Source: Eledone cirrhosa
Taxonomy: Eukaryota
Reading direction: 5' to 3'
Length of the DNA stretch: 64,000 nucleotides
Assembly: GCA_964016885.1 (NCBI GenBank)
Contig: OZ024745.1
Location: 15,252,001-15,316,000, forward strand
Part shown: piece by piece, positions 26,480 through 39,567 of the stretch
Layout: every line of letters begins with the position of its first letter
Numbering within the stretch: the stretch's first letter is position 1
The notes under the pieces: generated by a model
What the model saw: only the letters and a program-made list of their open reading frames with translations
What the model was told of the DNA's origin: nothing
The model's database searches: none
Translations under genes and position numbers: made by a program

Positions 26480-26740
26480 AGAAACCGAATATAATCAATT
26501 TACCACAAAACTCGCTAACTCCCATACAATTAGATATTTTAAATAAAGGACTAACATTTGCATCAACTTCCCAAAATCCAAACACACCAGATATTAAAGA
26601 TGATATCTTCAGCTTCTGCCGAAGACAGAACAATTCTTTACAGAAGAAAAAAATCGATGAACCGTTAATCGAAAACAAAAGAGAATACAAACCCCAAAAA
26701 ATCGGGAATACAGCCCTTGATGAATTTTTTTGAATAACTT
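26480..26740 (+). pseudogene. N-terminal fragment of a PLE ORF
   Basis: NIINLPQNSLTPIQLDILNKGLTFA..DIFSFCRR resembles VNL..ILPKGLKFTPTP..DIAEFCRKLRL of the PLE at 29130. Confidence 0.7.
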
Positions 26741-26965
26741 CAGAATCTAATTAAATAATATTGACTATTTCTGAAAACCCATCTATTTTTAATGAAAAGA
26801 AAAATATAATTTATTTTCTATGAATTACTTTGTTTTCATTGTGCACTGTAATGGTGTCGGTATATTTAAAACCATCTTCAAATCAGTATTAATATTTCCA
26901 AACATATGCATACACATGTGTGTGTATTGTATAAGTGAGTTGCTGTTGCATGGATGTGTATAAAT

Positions 26966-27000
<35 letters not shown>

Positions 27001-27148
27001 CGAGGATCGGATATAAAATGTAATCCAAACGTGAAATATATTCGAAAGAAGATATCCAAGTTCCTATTTCAATTCAAATTTTAATAGTATTGTAGAATAT
27101 ATTTTCAAAAATTTCTATAAACATTCATTTTACAGATGCACCCCCCTC

Positions 27149-27206
<58 letters not shown>

Positions 27207-27390
27207 GTGTGTATATATAAGCAAAGGGATATTTAATTTGTTGGTGATTCAACAAATATATATATTTATAACTGATTCGAAGGACTCGACATGTTTTCTG
27301 GAGTATAATATCAATGATATCCAGGAAAAACTTGAACCGTTAAGATCTCGTTCCTGGATATGTCAATATTTATAAAACAAACTTTGTATT

Positions 27391-27455
27391 TTTATTTTAT
27401 CTGATGAGAGCGTACCAAAGTTTTGGTACCCTTGAAATATATATAATAGAATAAA
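27391..27455 (+). ncRNA. Type I hammerhead ribozyme in a short element between (TA)n tracts
   Basis: TTTATTTTAT-CTGATGA-(GAGCGTACCAAA..TTTGGTACCCTT)-GAAA-TATATA-TA-ATAGAATAAA. Confidence 0.72.
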
Positions 27456-27659
27456 TATGGTTTTATAAATATAGTTTCCATTTATTAATATCATTGATAT
27501 ATATATAAGTTTAATATATAAATGGGTTCTACAGGACTAGAACTATTTCATTCAAAGGAAATCATACCTTACTAACGCAGGTTACCCCTGATTGAATCCG
27601 GGACTCACACACACACATACATACATATATATATATATATAGAGAGAGAGAGGTATAAC

Positions 27660-28255
27660 AATGGAAGGTAATATCTGTAGTGGTAGAGCACTCAGTCCAT
27701 GGGACGAGTTTGGTAGAAGTAGTAACACAACAGTTAGTTCACCATACCGAGAACAATTGTTTCACCTTAGCGGATCTTCAGCTCATACTATCACTACCAC
27801 TACGGATATTACCTTCCAGTGTTCTACCTCTATATACGTCTCCAGCACCGGTCAACAGATTCTTTTCATCACGTAGAAGTTTGGCTTTTTAGCAGATTCT
27901 TCACCACGTGGGAGTTTGGCTTTCAACCCTGTGAGCGCTCTCTATATCCTTGTGTCCTACACAACTTTGTGTCTCATCAACGTCAGAATGGATTTACACG
28001 AACTGGATTACTCCCTGAAGAATATGTCCACTCCCTCCAACCATGTTTACCAAAAGCTTCTACAAAAAGGGGAAGATGTTGTCAGGCCCTTAAGATGGCG
28101 AGCCCTAGTTTTTGACGGCAAAATTACAGGCACCAGTAATACCTTCAACCTGAAATTGAGAGCCTACCCTCCTAAAAGCAGTACAGTACGAGCTAAAGAT
28201 CCGTTAAGGTGAAACAATTGTTCTCGGTATGGTAAACTAACCGTTGTTGTTACTA

Positions 28256-28258
<3 letters not shown>
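27660..28258 (+). mobile_element. PLE 5' fragment bounded by inverted repeats
   Basis: About 27718-27789 is inverted at about 28185-28258. Peptide YSLKNMSTPS..YQKLLQKGEDVVRPLRWRALVF resembles the N-terminus of YRDD-type PLE proteins. Confidence 0.55.
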
Positions 28259-28306
<48 letters not shown>

Positions 28307-28320
28307 TCAGTGTATACTGA

Positions 28321-28800
28321 TTAATGTTCAGAGGCCATCCTCAGGATTCTCGTGTAGCACCCATCCACCATCTGAGTGAGTTTCTTGGTCAGTGTCGAAG
28401 TCTCAGACCCGTACAGCAGCACAGACTTCACTACAGCAATGAAGAGGCGGATTTTCATGTCTTTACGAAGGTCCGACTTCCACACTGATCTCAAGCTGTG
28501 GCACGCCGCCCAGGCTTTGCTCTTCCTCTCAACCACATCATCTTCCGTATTCCCAAAAGTGACACAAAGGAGACTGAAGTTAGCTGGACATGTTCACCGA
28601 CATCCAGAGTTAACATTGCACTCAGTGCTCCTGTGAGAGCCCCTACATGAACACACTGGAAGAGGAAGATCAAGGTTAACGTATGTTGATGCCATAAGGA
28701 CAGACACTGGTCTGTTGGAGACGCAGGACATGGCAGCAATAATAAGGGACAGAGACCGCTGGAGAGAACTCGTCCATGGATCTCGGGAATTTTATCCGCC
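28321..28800. mobile_element. RTE-clade LINE 3' fragment with inverted 5' part
   Basis: Minus 28321-28536: KIRLFIAVVKSVLLYGSET..DGCYTRILRMA. Plus from about 28550: PKVTQRRLKLAGHVHRH..LTYVDAIRTDTGL. Confidence 0.8.
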
Positions 28801-28864
28801 CTAGATATATATATATATTATGAAATACTGTTGGCTTCTTGCTCACATTAATTTCTCTATTTTC

Positions 28865-28904
<40 letters not shown>

Positions 28905-28910
<6 letters not shown>

Positions 28911-31900
28911 ACCCGCCCTAGTTATATCTATATATATCAACAATATATATATATCTCAACAACCACCACAGCTACACACCATCTTACAACAACAGCAGGA
29001 GCCAATACAACTATAAGAGACATCCAAACTTCAACAGCCATCACAACTTCCGTAATCATTTTTTAGACACAGCACACAGACACAGGATTACAAGATAACA
29101 CAAAACACACAGGAGACACAAAATGCAATAAAAATTGTCAATTTAACCTCCAAATAATTAACAACAGACCAAATCAACATACTCCCCAAAGGTCTAAAAT
29201 TTACACCAACTCCCCAACAACCAAACTACCTCGAAATGAAGGAAGATATTGCAGAATTCTGTAGAAAACTAAGACTCAGCGAACAACTATACAACAAATA
29301 CAATGAGGATGACTCAATAGCCAGAAATAGAAGCAACTACGCCCCACCAAAAGGCAAGAATAAATTCCTCGATCAATTCTGCAAACACATTACTAATTAC
29401 CCATACCACCACCTACACAGACATAAACAAAAACCAAACCTAAGCAAAAAAGAATGGAATGGTCTTAACAGTCTAAAAAACGACAAAACCCTAACAATCA
29501 AAGAGGCAGATAAAGGGAGTGCAGTAGTCCTTATGGAGACAGATTATTACACAACTCTAGTACTCTCAACTCTAGAAAACCAAACATATTATGAAAAGGC
29601 CCAACACTACACACAACAGAAAATAATGAGAAACCTAAAATCCTTAACAACCCTTTACAAAGAAGGCCTTACAGACAAGGAATACAACTACATCACCAAT
29701 TTCAAAAGCAGAACCAACCTCTTCTACGGTATCCCCAAGGCACATAAAAGCGAAGTAATAGGCAGGGCCTGCAAGCAAGCCACAGACGTTTACATCAATA
29801 TAGCCCCTCCTGATGACCTTAAATTAAGACCCATAATAGCAGCACCACATGTGAAACCCACAACCTAAGCAACTTCCTAGATATTCTGCTTAAACCTTTC
29901 CTAAAACATATAAAAAGCTTCATAAGGGACGACCTTGACATGCTCAACCACCTCCCAACAACACTCAATGACGAACATACCCTACTAGTAACCTTTGATG
30001 TCATCAATTTATATTCCAATATCCCACACAACCTAGGTATAGAGGCAATACAATTGTGGATGGAAAATTTCCCTAGTGAACTTCCACAGCGCATCCCTAA
30101 AGAATTTGCGTTGGAGGGACTCAAATTCATCTTGGAAAACAATTTCTTCGAATTCAATGCCAAATACTACAGACAGAAATCTGGGACTGCCATGGGCACG
30201 AAGGTGGCCCCCTCATACGCCAACCTTGTCATGGGATATTTGGAAACCATTCTCTACCAGTTCTAGACAAATACGCAACCACTTCTACCAACACATAGAA
30301 AAGAACTGGAAGAGATATCTGGACGACTGCTTCATCCTCTGGCATGAAAGTATAGATAGACTGACTGAGTTCAAAACTCTTCTGAATGGATTCAACACTA
30401 ACTTACAATTTACAATGGATTACAGCCATGAACAACTCACTTTCCTCGACATCCTCATCAAGAAAACAAGCAACAAAATAGAAACAGACATATACTACAA
30501 ACCCACAGACTCCAAACAATACCTTCCATTCAACTCGTGCCACCCTAGACACACCAAAATGGCAATTCCTTATAACCTAGCCAGAAGGATCTGCACAATA
30601 GATAAATACACATGCTACACACGACTAGAAGAATTAAAAAACACACTTATCAGCAGAAACTACCCACCATCCCTAATCAACAATGGATTCCAACGTGCCC
30701 TAAAATTAGACATCCAGGAACTTAGACACCCCAAACCCAGGAATGAACCGCAACAAAAAACTCTACCATACATCTCCACACACAACCCCCTCTACAATGA
30801 GGCATTCGACACCATCCTCCAGAACATTCCTTTACTAAAAAGAGACCCAAGAATGAACAATATCCTCCAAACACACAACATCATAAAGAGCAAAAGACAA
30901 CCCAAATCCATAAAAAAACATCCTCACACAAGCCAAAATCCAACAAACCCTCACAATGAACCCTACAGTAACAAAATGCGGAAGGCCCAACTGTGGAATA
31001 TGCATAAATCTAATAGAAGGTTCAACATTCCATTTTAAACAAGGACAACGTTTCACAGTTAAACACAACTTTACATGTGCATCTGAAAACCTTATCTATG
31101 TTTTGACATGCTCAGGTTGTCAAGAGCACTACATAGGACAGACAAAAAACAGCCTCCGTCAACGTATGACCGTCCATAAATCACAAATTAAAATACAGGA
31201 ATACAGAAAGATTGCATTTAGTGAACATATCGCCAATTGTGCTCTCAACCAACATCCAAACTTTAAAATTTTCCCCATTTACAAATTCATAGACAACGCT
31301 ACTTTCATCCAACATACCAATAAGGAAACACATTTCATTAATAAATTTCAACCACTACTCAATGCTCTAAATCTCGGACCAATCTAAAACTGCAACAAAC
31401 CATCAAACATTTACAATAGTTACCTCCCTCACCCCCTACCTAATCCTTTTTCTTAAATAAATTTAAAATCACCCAGCAAGAATTGCTTCCCCTGCATATT
31501 AACTCTCTAAAAACTAAAAAGAGAAATCATATCAAACCACAGTCCATCATTTGCCTCCTTCACGGAACCATGGTTCAACTAAGCACCCTTGCGATATTAA
31601 CACATTTTGAACTGCTTAACTTCAATGACTGTCCTTGTAAATAACATTATTTTTTCTTCCACATTGACTTTTTACGTTCCACATTATGCACGTTTTTTTT
31701 TCCTTTTTCTTTTTTTCGTTTTGTTTTTCACTTCTTAAACCTTGTTTGTATATAACATTATTCTTTCTTCACCTTCTGTTTAACATGTGCGACACCATAC
31801 TAAAACATTTCACTATCATTTGATAATGCATATAAATGCTGAAACCGGTAATAGACAATAATTAAATATATAAATAGATAAATAAATGCCATTGTTAAAT

Positions 31901-32045
31901 AATAAATAAATCAACTAATACCTTAACACTTCACACAAAGTAAAACATTTCGTTTTAATCCTTTTCTAACCCAGAAAAAAAGAGAGAGAAACAAAAAAGG
32001 AAAAAAAAATATTTTTCTTCCTCATAATCGTCTCTTTCTCCCTGT

Positions 32046-32050
<5 letters not shown>
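28905..32050 (+). mobile_element. Penelope-like element C (Neptune-like; RT, Cys linker, GIY-YIG), near full length, frameshifted
   Basis: IKEADKGSAVV, FYGIPKAHK, LRPII, TFDVINLYSNIP, QKSGTAMGTKVAPSYANL, WKRYLDDCF, CGRPNCGIC, NLIYVLTCSGC..YIGQT. Ends at (TA)n. Confidence 0.93.
31814..31856 (+). ncRNA. Minimal HHR with U3-A8 core in the PLE C 3' repeat
   Basis: TTGATAA-TGCA..TGCT-GAAA-CCGG-TA; conserved in the second copy at 62555. Confidence 0.6.
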
Positions 32051-32126
<76 letters not shown>

Positions 32127-32293
32127 CCGCCGTGGTCAACTTTACCTTTATATATAAAGTCATAAAGAACATAACATATATATATTTAAACATAGTCATA
32201 GATACATATATGAGTGTTGGCTACCTTCAACGGTGTGGCTCGATGAGTGTGTGAATTAAATAAATAATTGTTAATCAGAGCTATATTAAAATT

Positions 32294-32782
32294 ATAAGTT
32301 TGAAGAATAGTCAGATAAAATTGACCTCATTTTTCTTCTTAGTCCGTAGAAATTAACTAGACAAATAATCATTTAAACAGAGCTAAGTCTAAAATGTAAG
32401 TTTGAAGAAATAATAGATAAAATTTACCATATTCCTCTAGTCCCGACTGTCAAGAGTTTCGCTCGTACTTTGTGGAAATGTCTAACCGTTGCATTATCCA
32501 TGAGGCTTCGAGCTTATCAAGAGACTGCTTCAGTTAGGACCGAAATTTCCAAAGTGATCGTTACCAGTAACGAATTCAAAAGGGGTAAAAAAAAACATCA
32601 CGTGGCTAGCAGTCAAGATAGAATTGTTGTGAAGGGTAGACCGGTGGCAAGTATGTTCATTGCTAGAAGAAGAAGTTAGTTACCGCCTATAGTTTACTCA
32701 ATCGTAAGGGAGTATAGAACAGATTCTTGCGGACTAAGAAGAAAAATTAGGTAAATTTTATCTGACTGTTCTTCAAACTTAT
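32294..32782 (-). mobile_element. Short non-coding HHR-bearing element with ~55-bp inverted arms
   Basis: About 32294-32350 is inverted at about 32725-32782. HHR at 32439-32526. Right end abuts (TA)n. Confidence 0.62.
32439..32526 (-). ncRNA. Type I HHR with U3-A8 core and extended stem II
   Basis: AGTCTC-TTGATAA-GCTCG...CGAGC-GAAAC-TCTTGACA-GTC-GGGACT. Confidence 0.7.
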
Positions 32783-33270
32783 ATATATATATATATATTG
32801 ACTATAGAAAGCTGCAGTTCAATTTACTATTACACATCGCATCATACGACTAATTCTTCTGAAAATATCAAAATAATATCAAAATAATAGATATGAATGT
32901 AAATTGTGTTCCCAAGAACTTTTTGAAATAATGAAATCTAAGGATATCCTATTAAATAAGCGACAGGAATTAATAATATCGTGTAATCATAAACTGAGAA
33001 AAACCTTTTTAAATATTATAAACCTAATTAATATACATTTTAGAAATTAATATAAAATTTTTTTTAAATTTAGTTAACCTATAATTAATATTCTACTACT
33101 GATGAACTACATAATTTTACTTTCCTTCTTACAACTATCTTTTCCTAAAATTGATACCATTAAGTAAACATATATAATGTTTTAATTTCAGGTTATGATT
33201 CTATGTTCCTTGAAATCTCTATATATTTATTATTTCTCACTAATAAATTTAATTCCCCCCCCCCCCCCAA

Positions 33271-33305
<35 letters not shown>

Positions 33306-33573
33306 TTTTTATATTTTTTTTAATTTCCCCTCGTCTTTAACAGCACTCTTCAATTACATCTAATTCTTATTTATCATATCTATATGCATTAATATAATTT
33401 TATCAATATAAATATACTCATCAATTAAATTAATTTATATTCTTTTCATAGATGTAAATTCCATATATATATTTTTTCACTAACACTTTTATCGTAAAAT
33501 TTTAGTCTCCTTAGATATTTACATTGGCATTATTCTTTTATAACAGCAACTTTTCGTGTACTTTTTACTGACC

Positions 33574-34042
33574 TGACCTATTTTCACCCCTAAAATAACC
33601 TTTTCATTCTTCATACTCCTTCCATTCAAAACTGAAATCTGCCTTCTTCTACCCCTAAAATAAACTTCCATTACTACTATTTTACCATTTGGCCAATTAT
33701 TACCTTTCTATTGGTCAATTCAAAACCTGTTCCCAAACAGACCTACTATATTAAATCTTTGTTGGTTTTATTCAATGAACAAATATAATTATTTCTGAGG
33801 TCAGCATATGACCTATTTTCATCCCTAAAATAATCTTTCATTCATAATATTCTTTCCATCCAAAACTGAAATCTACCTTCCTCTACCCATAAATTAAGGT
33901 TCTTTTACTACTATTTTACCATCTTGACCTTCACTATCTTTCTATTGGTCAATTCAAAACCTGTTCCCAAGCAGACCTATTGTATTAAATCTTTGTTGGT
34001 TTTTTTCAATAAACAAATATCATTATTTCTGAAGACAGCATA
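33574..34042. repeat. Diverged tandem duplication, ~235-bp unit
   Basis: TGACCTATTTTCA..TTATTTCTGA..CAGCATA starts at 33574 and 33809. Confidence 0.85.
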
Positions 34043-34342
34043 TATATGTGTAGGTATGTATATTCCCTCTGATAGTTTGTAAAAATTTTACATAGATCTA
34101 TAGGATATGCATACCAACACTAACATATATATCCTAGAAACGATCGTAAAATGATGAATTTTTTAATATAAGGAACTGTTTCTTTGTTTATTCATTATTT
34201 TATTAATTTATCTTGACTCTGTTTTCCGTTAATTTTCACCGAAAACACATTTTTTGAATACATCTTCTCTTTTCATGATATTCGGATTACATTGAGTTCT
34301 TCATACGGATTGGACACTACCGTACATTTTGGTAGATTTATC

Positions 34343-34461
<119 letters not shown>

Positions 34462-35244
34462 AGATTCAGGAACCCGACGGCTGAGCTCCGGCCATTTCGA
34501 CAGCTATATATATAAGTACATATATAGATAGGTTCATAAAAACGTTAGGCTGGTTGAAGCCTGTCGTTTGTCGGAATTAGATATAGAATCTAAATTACTT
34601 TCACCACTCGTGTATTTATCCATACATATTTTAGACATTTTCTCTATGAACTATTTCAAACATTTCTCTCTAAATGTTTACTATATATCGATTCCCAGCT
34701 AAAATCATTGATATTTCAGAGAGATTTGGCTGCAGATCCTCGCAAATATTTTCAGAAGAATTAGTCGTATGATGCGATGTGTAATAGTAAATTGAACTGC
34801 AGCTTTCTATAGTCAACTGGGAGTTTCTTGCATGCTAAACATAAAAACAGCTAATTGTGTTATTGTATTTCTAGTGATTAGATTAATTTCATGGTTGTAA
34901 TTTTGTCTATGAATATTGACTTCAATATGGCACAGGACTATATCAACAAAGGAATTGAAGTCAATTTCATTTAGTTTCTGTTAGTTTAGCTATTTGGTGC
35001 CAATATTTGGTCTAGAACGAAAATGATATGCAGCATGCAACCAGATACAACATTAAATCTTACTCTAGCTCCATGACACAGAAATAAATATAAGTAAATT
35101 TTTCTCATGCTGATGTGGGACACATATGTCATAATAGATTTCAGAGACAGACATATTATATTTCGAGGTTTTAAGATCAGATTAGATTGGTCATTGAATT
35201 AAACCGAACCAGTGCTGTAGTCTATTTCTCTCAATCTATATTTC

Positions 35245-35860
35245 ACTATCTCAATCTATATACAAACTCTGTGAAAACCAGTCTATGTACCACTTCTGCC
35301 CAAACCAAATCTTGTACCACCTCTGTCAAAATGAATTTTGTACTACCTCTGTCAAAACCAATCTATCTACCATCACTGTCAAAATTAATCTGTGTACTAC
35401 CACTGTCAAAATTAATTTTGTAGCACCTCTGTCAAAATCAATCTATCTACCACCTGTGTCCAAAATCAATTTATGTACCAACTCTATCCAAACCAAACTG
35501 CGTACCACCTCTGTCAAAACTAATATTTATACCAGCTCTCTCCAAACCAATATATGTACCATCACAGTCGAAACCGAACTGTGTACCACCTTTGTCCAAA
35601 CCAAGTTGTGTATCACCAAACTTAAGTGTGTACCACCCCATTCCAAACAACACTGCACACCACCTTTTTTAAAACCAATATATGTACCAGCTCAGTTCAA
35701 ACCAAACTGTGTACCACCTTTGTACAAACCAAACTATGTACCACCAAACCAAAGTGTGTACTTCCAACGCACATGCCAAACTCAGTACTGCCCTACCCAA
35801 ACCAAACTTGGTACCACACACGACTAGACAAAACTCTGTACCGCCCACGATCAAAACAAT
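35245..35860. repeat. Degenerate ~27-bp minisatellite (TGTACCACCTCTGTCAAAACCAATCTA-like)
   Basis: About 20 diverged units seen directly. Confidence 0.8.
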
Positions 35861-35894
35861 ATGTGCATCAACCCTTTGAATCAAACATTACTTT

Positions 35895-36012
35895 GGGAGT
35901 TCAAATCCCGCCGAGGTTAACTTTGCCTTTCATCCTTACGGGGTCGATAAAATAAAGTACCAGTAATGTACTGGGTAATTGCTGGCCTTGTGCCAAAAAG
36001 TAGAAACAATTA
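35895..36012 (+). mobile_element. SINE family A, 5' truncated
   Basis: Near-exact match to the core and tail of 15300-15415. Confidence 0.8.
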
Positions 36013-36259
36013 CATTGGGAGTCATAAACAGTAACAACTAGGGTTTTTTGTTTTCTTTCTACTATTAAATGGTTATTTCAATCCATTAAGATGGTATGGC
36101 ATACATCATTATGTTCAGCATGGCCTTATTCAATTTATCTAGATTTATAAAATAAAGTGTTAATACAAGTGTTTATTCTGGGGGTAAATATATAGTCTAT
36201 GAGAAAATATATCACCCTCCTTTTTCTATATATATATATATATCAATTTCTATCAAAGA

Positions 36260-36607
36260 AGAGCGTCGGTTGAAAAGTACATAGGCTGACCAAGATACTC
36301 TCATGGAATGACCAAATGAGGTTTATTTTCCAACATAGTCCCTGGAAAGAAACAATGCACTTATTAATAAGTTGAGTTGAAATTAATGCATGCAAGATTT
36401 CACAGCTCTAGCATCACTCCTTTATAGGCTGAAAAGCTCATAGTCTGACCAAGATAGTTTCATGGAATGACCAAAAGAGGTTTATTTTACAACATAGACC
36501 CTGGAAAGAAATAATGCAGTTATTAATAAGAAGAGTTGAAATTAATGTATGCTAGATCTAGCATCACTCCTTTATAATCAGCCTATGAACTTTTCAGCCC
36601 ACCCTCG
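36260..36607. mobile_element. Mariner-type MITE with an internal ~160-bp duplication
   Basis: TIRs GAGCGTCGGTTGAAAAGTACATAGGCTGA and TCAGCCTATGAACTTTTCAGCCCACCCTCG|TA. Confidence 0.72.
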
Positions 36608-37240
36608 TATTCACAGTATAAACAACACCGTCGTCATCAACTTGAACATGATCCATTGCACAACATAAATCATATTAGAATCGATGAAGCATTCAATAAT
36701 TTCTCTGTACTCAGTCACTGCCTTCCAGCACGATGTCTTAATTTCTTACTTAACTGAAGCAAAATAATGGCAGGTAGAAATCTTATAATTAAGTTGAACA
36801 GAAAATATAGAGAAAATATTCTGCCGATGAAATAAATGGAAAAAAAAACAACGGAAGTTATTTTCAATACAGAAACTTTTGATATGTATATTCCTAGAAA
36901 GATGGAGGCAGCCAACTAAAAATATGGGTGGATGGGTGGGTTGGTTGATATACGTAGCAACAACACAGAATGGAAATGTATCACTTCAATATTTGGTTTG
37001 AAAACTACTGGCATTCAATACAAATGGCGGAATCTGAGATGTATGCCATAGGAATATTTAGATATTCAAATATAAACTTACTTACTCATGCATATTTATG
37101 TTTGTGCAAACATACGTTCAAGTATATCTAAATATTTCTTTCTTTATATATATATATATATATATCCCTCTCTATCTATCTCTATTTATCTCACACACAC
37201 ACACTCTCTCTTTGTATATATATATGTCTCTCTCTCTCTC

Positions 37241-37318
<78 letters not shown>

Positions 37319-37484
37319 AGAGAGAGAGAGATTACAACAGAAACACAAACCCTCCATCTCAATTTTCCTTTTGTAAATCATAAGAACTGTGAAACCGGTA
37401 AAGTAAATATATATTTTTAAAAGACTCCAGTTGCATTTTCAATTTCTTTTCCTTATATATACACACACATACACACACACACAT

Positions 37485-37630
<146 letters not shown>

Positions 37631-37739
37631 AAAAGAATGAAACGAAATTTCATTTCTCACTCTTAGTACGGCTGATACTTAAATGTAAGTATGTATGTAT
37701 ACGTACATACATATATGTATACAGACGTATAGTAGTATG

Positions 37740-37833
<94 letters not shown>

Positions 37834-37935
37834 TACATATATATATATATATACACATATATATACATATATATATATGAAAGACGTAAAATAAGAAAAG
37901 TTAAAAAAAAAATTAAGTTACTTACTAAAGTTTTC

Positions 37936-38017
37936 ACTCCAACCAATTAGTTTCTGTAAGGGAATAAATATAGTTACATAATGTAACTATAGAGAAGTCC
38001 TTACGTCATCAGGGAGT
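37936..38017 (-). ncRNA. Type I HHR with extended stem II (unit 1)
   Basis: ACTCC-CTGATGA-CGTAAGG..(TATAGTTACAT/ATGTAACTATA)..CCTTACA-GAAAC-TAATTG-GTT-GGAGT. Confidence 0.8.
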
Positions 38018-38476
38018 CTATTCTCAGCTAAGTTCCCAGGCAATGCGCGGACACTAGGAACCCATATAAAAATAATAATTCAGTGGATAGAATAAAGCTA
38101 GCGGGGACTAAATTCCAGGGCACGGAAAAAATTCACTGCCTACTTGGTCAGTGGCAAATTCTAAAGAATCAATCACGTGACACTGAGGTTAATCAGTGAG
38201 GAGTGGGGTGGTATTATGACAAGAGCCTACCTACTACCATGAACCATAGCAGTAAATTTTGGCAAGTTTCGCTCAATAAATAATTTGGAGATAAATATAG
38301 AGAATTAGTATATCTACCAACATATGTATACAGATGTATACCCATGCTAGCAAATATATATGTTATGTCTTAGTACCTTTGTGGTTCTATGCAGGGGGAT
38401 GCAGAACAATTATATGAAAGACGTAAAATAAGAAAATTTTAAAAATTAAAAATTAACTTACTTACTAAAAATGTTC

Positions 38477-38558
38477 ACTCCAACCAATTAGTTTCTGTAA
38501 GGGAATAAATATAGTTACATAATGTAACTATAGAGAAGTCCTTACGTCATCAGCGAGT
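38477..38558 (-). ncRNA. Type I HHR (unit 2), one stem I mismatch
   Basis: Same motif 541 bp from the unit 1 copy. Confidence 0.75.
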
Positions 38559-38919
38559 CTATTCTCAGCTAAGTTCCCAGGCAATGCGCAGACACTAGAA
38601 ACCCATATAAAAATAACAATTCAGTGGATGGAATAAAGCTAGCGGGGACTAAATTCCAGGGCGCGGAAAAAATTCACTGCCTACTTGGTCAGTGGCAAAT
38701 TCTAAAGGATCAATCACGTGACACTGAGGTTAATCAGTGAGGAGTGGGGTGGTATTATGACAAGAGCCTACCTACTACCATGAACCATAGCAGTAAATTT
38801 TACGTCTTTCATATAATTGTTCTGCATCCCCCTGCATAGAACCACAAAGGTTCTAAGACATAACATATATATTTGCTAGCATGGGTGTACATCTGTATAC
38901 ATATGTTGGTAGATATACT

Positions 38920-39030
<111 letters not shown>

Positions 39031-39057
39031 GATAGAGAGATAGAGAGATAGATAGAT

Positions 39058-39232
39058 TCTTCTTCCTCTTCTTCTTCGTCGTCGTCCTCCACTTATTCCC
39101 GAGAGGGTCGTGGTGGCAGTGTCCTCAAACCCTCCTTCCAGTGGGTCCTATCAGAAGCAACCGCCTCCACCCTATCCGGCTGGATCCCTAAGCGAAGCCA
39201 GCCGAGCTCGTGGATCTTATCCAAGCATGGTC
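39058..39232 (-). mobile_element. RTE-clade LINE extreme 3' end
   Basis: Homologous to 22770-22905 (CCACTTATTCC.GAGAGGGTCGTGG..AGAAGCAACCG); (GAA/GAC)n tail. Confidence 0.65.
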
Positions 39233-39567
39233 AAAGAGATAATTTACGTTAAAAGCCTCTTGAATATGGTGGGGTACATATAAAGTGAATGTTGAGAGAG
39301 GATATGGGGGAGAATCTTGTATAATAGGGCATGGGGGACAGTGAACTTGTGTTGTATTTTTCAAATGGGTTTTGTACATTTTACAATGCAGGCTGTAGGT
39401 TCGGGGGTCGATGTTTCCAGGAATAGAATAAATAGTTTTTGAAGTGTAAGTAACAGCAACAACAATGTAGGATATAAAGAGAGTCTAGCTCGTTCACAGA
39501 TTCATTTCTCTCTGTCTATAAAACTCAATTTCTTCTTTTGAAGGTGATATATTTTTTACCTTTAAAG

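Noticed and set aside
34060-34155. HHR-like CTGATAG...GAAACGATCGTA
   Set aside because: Core does not match CUGANGA and no clear stem I.
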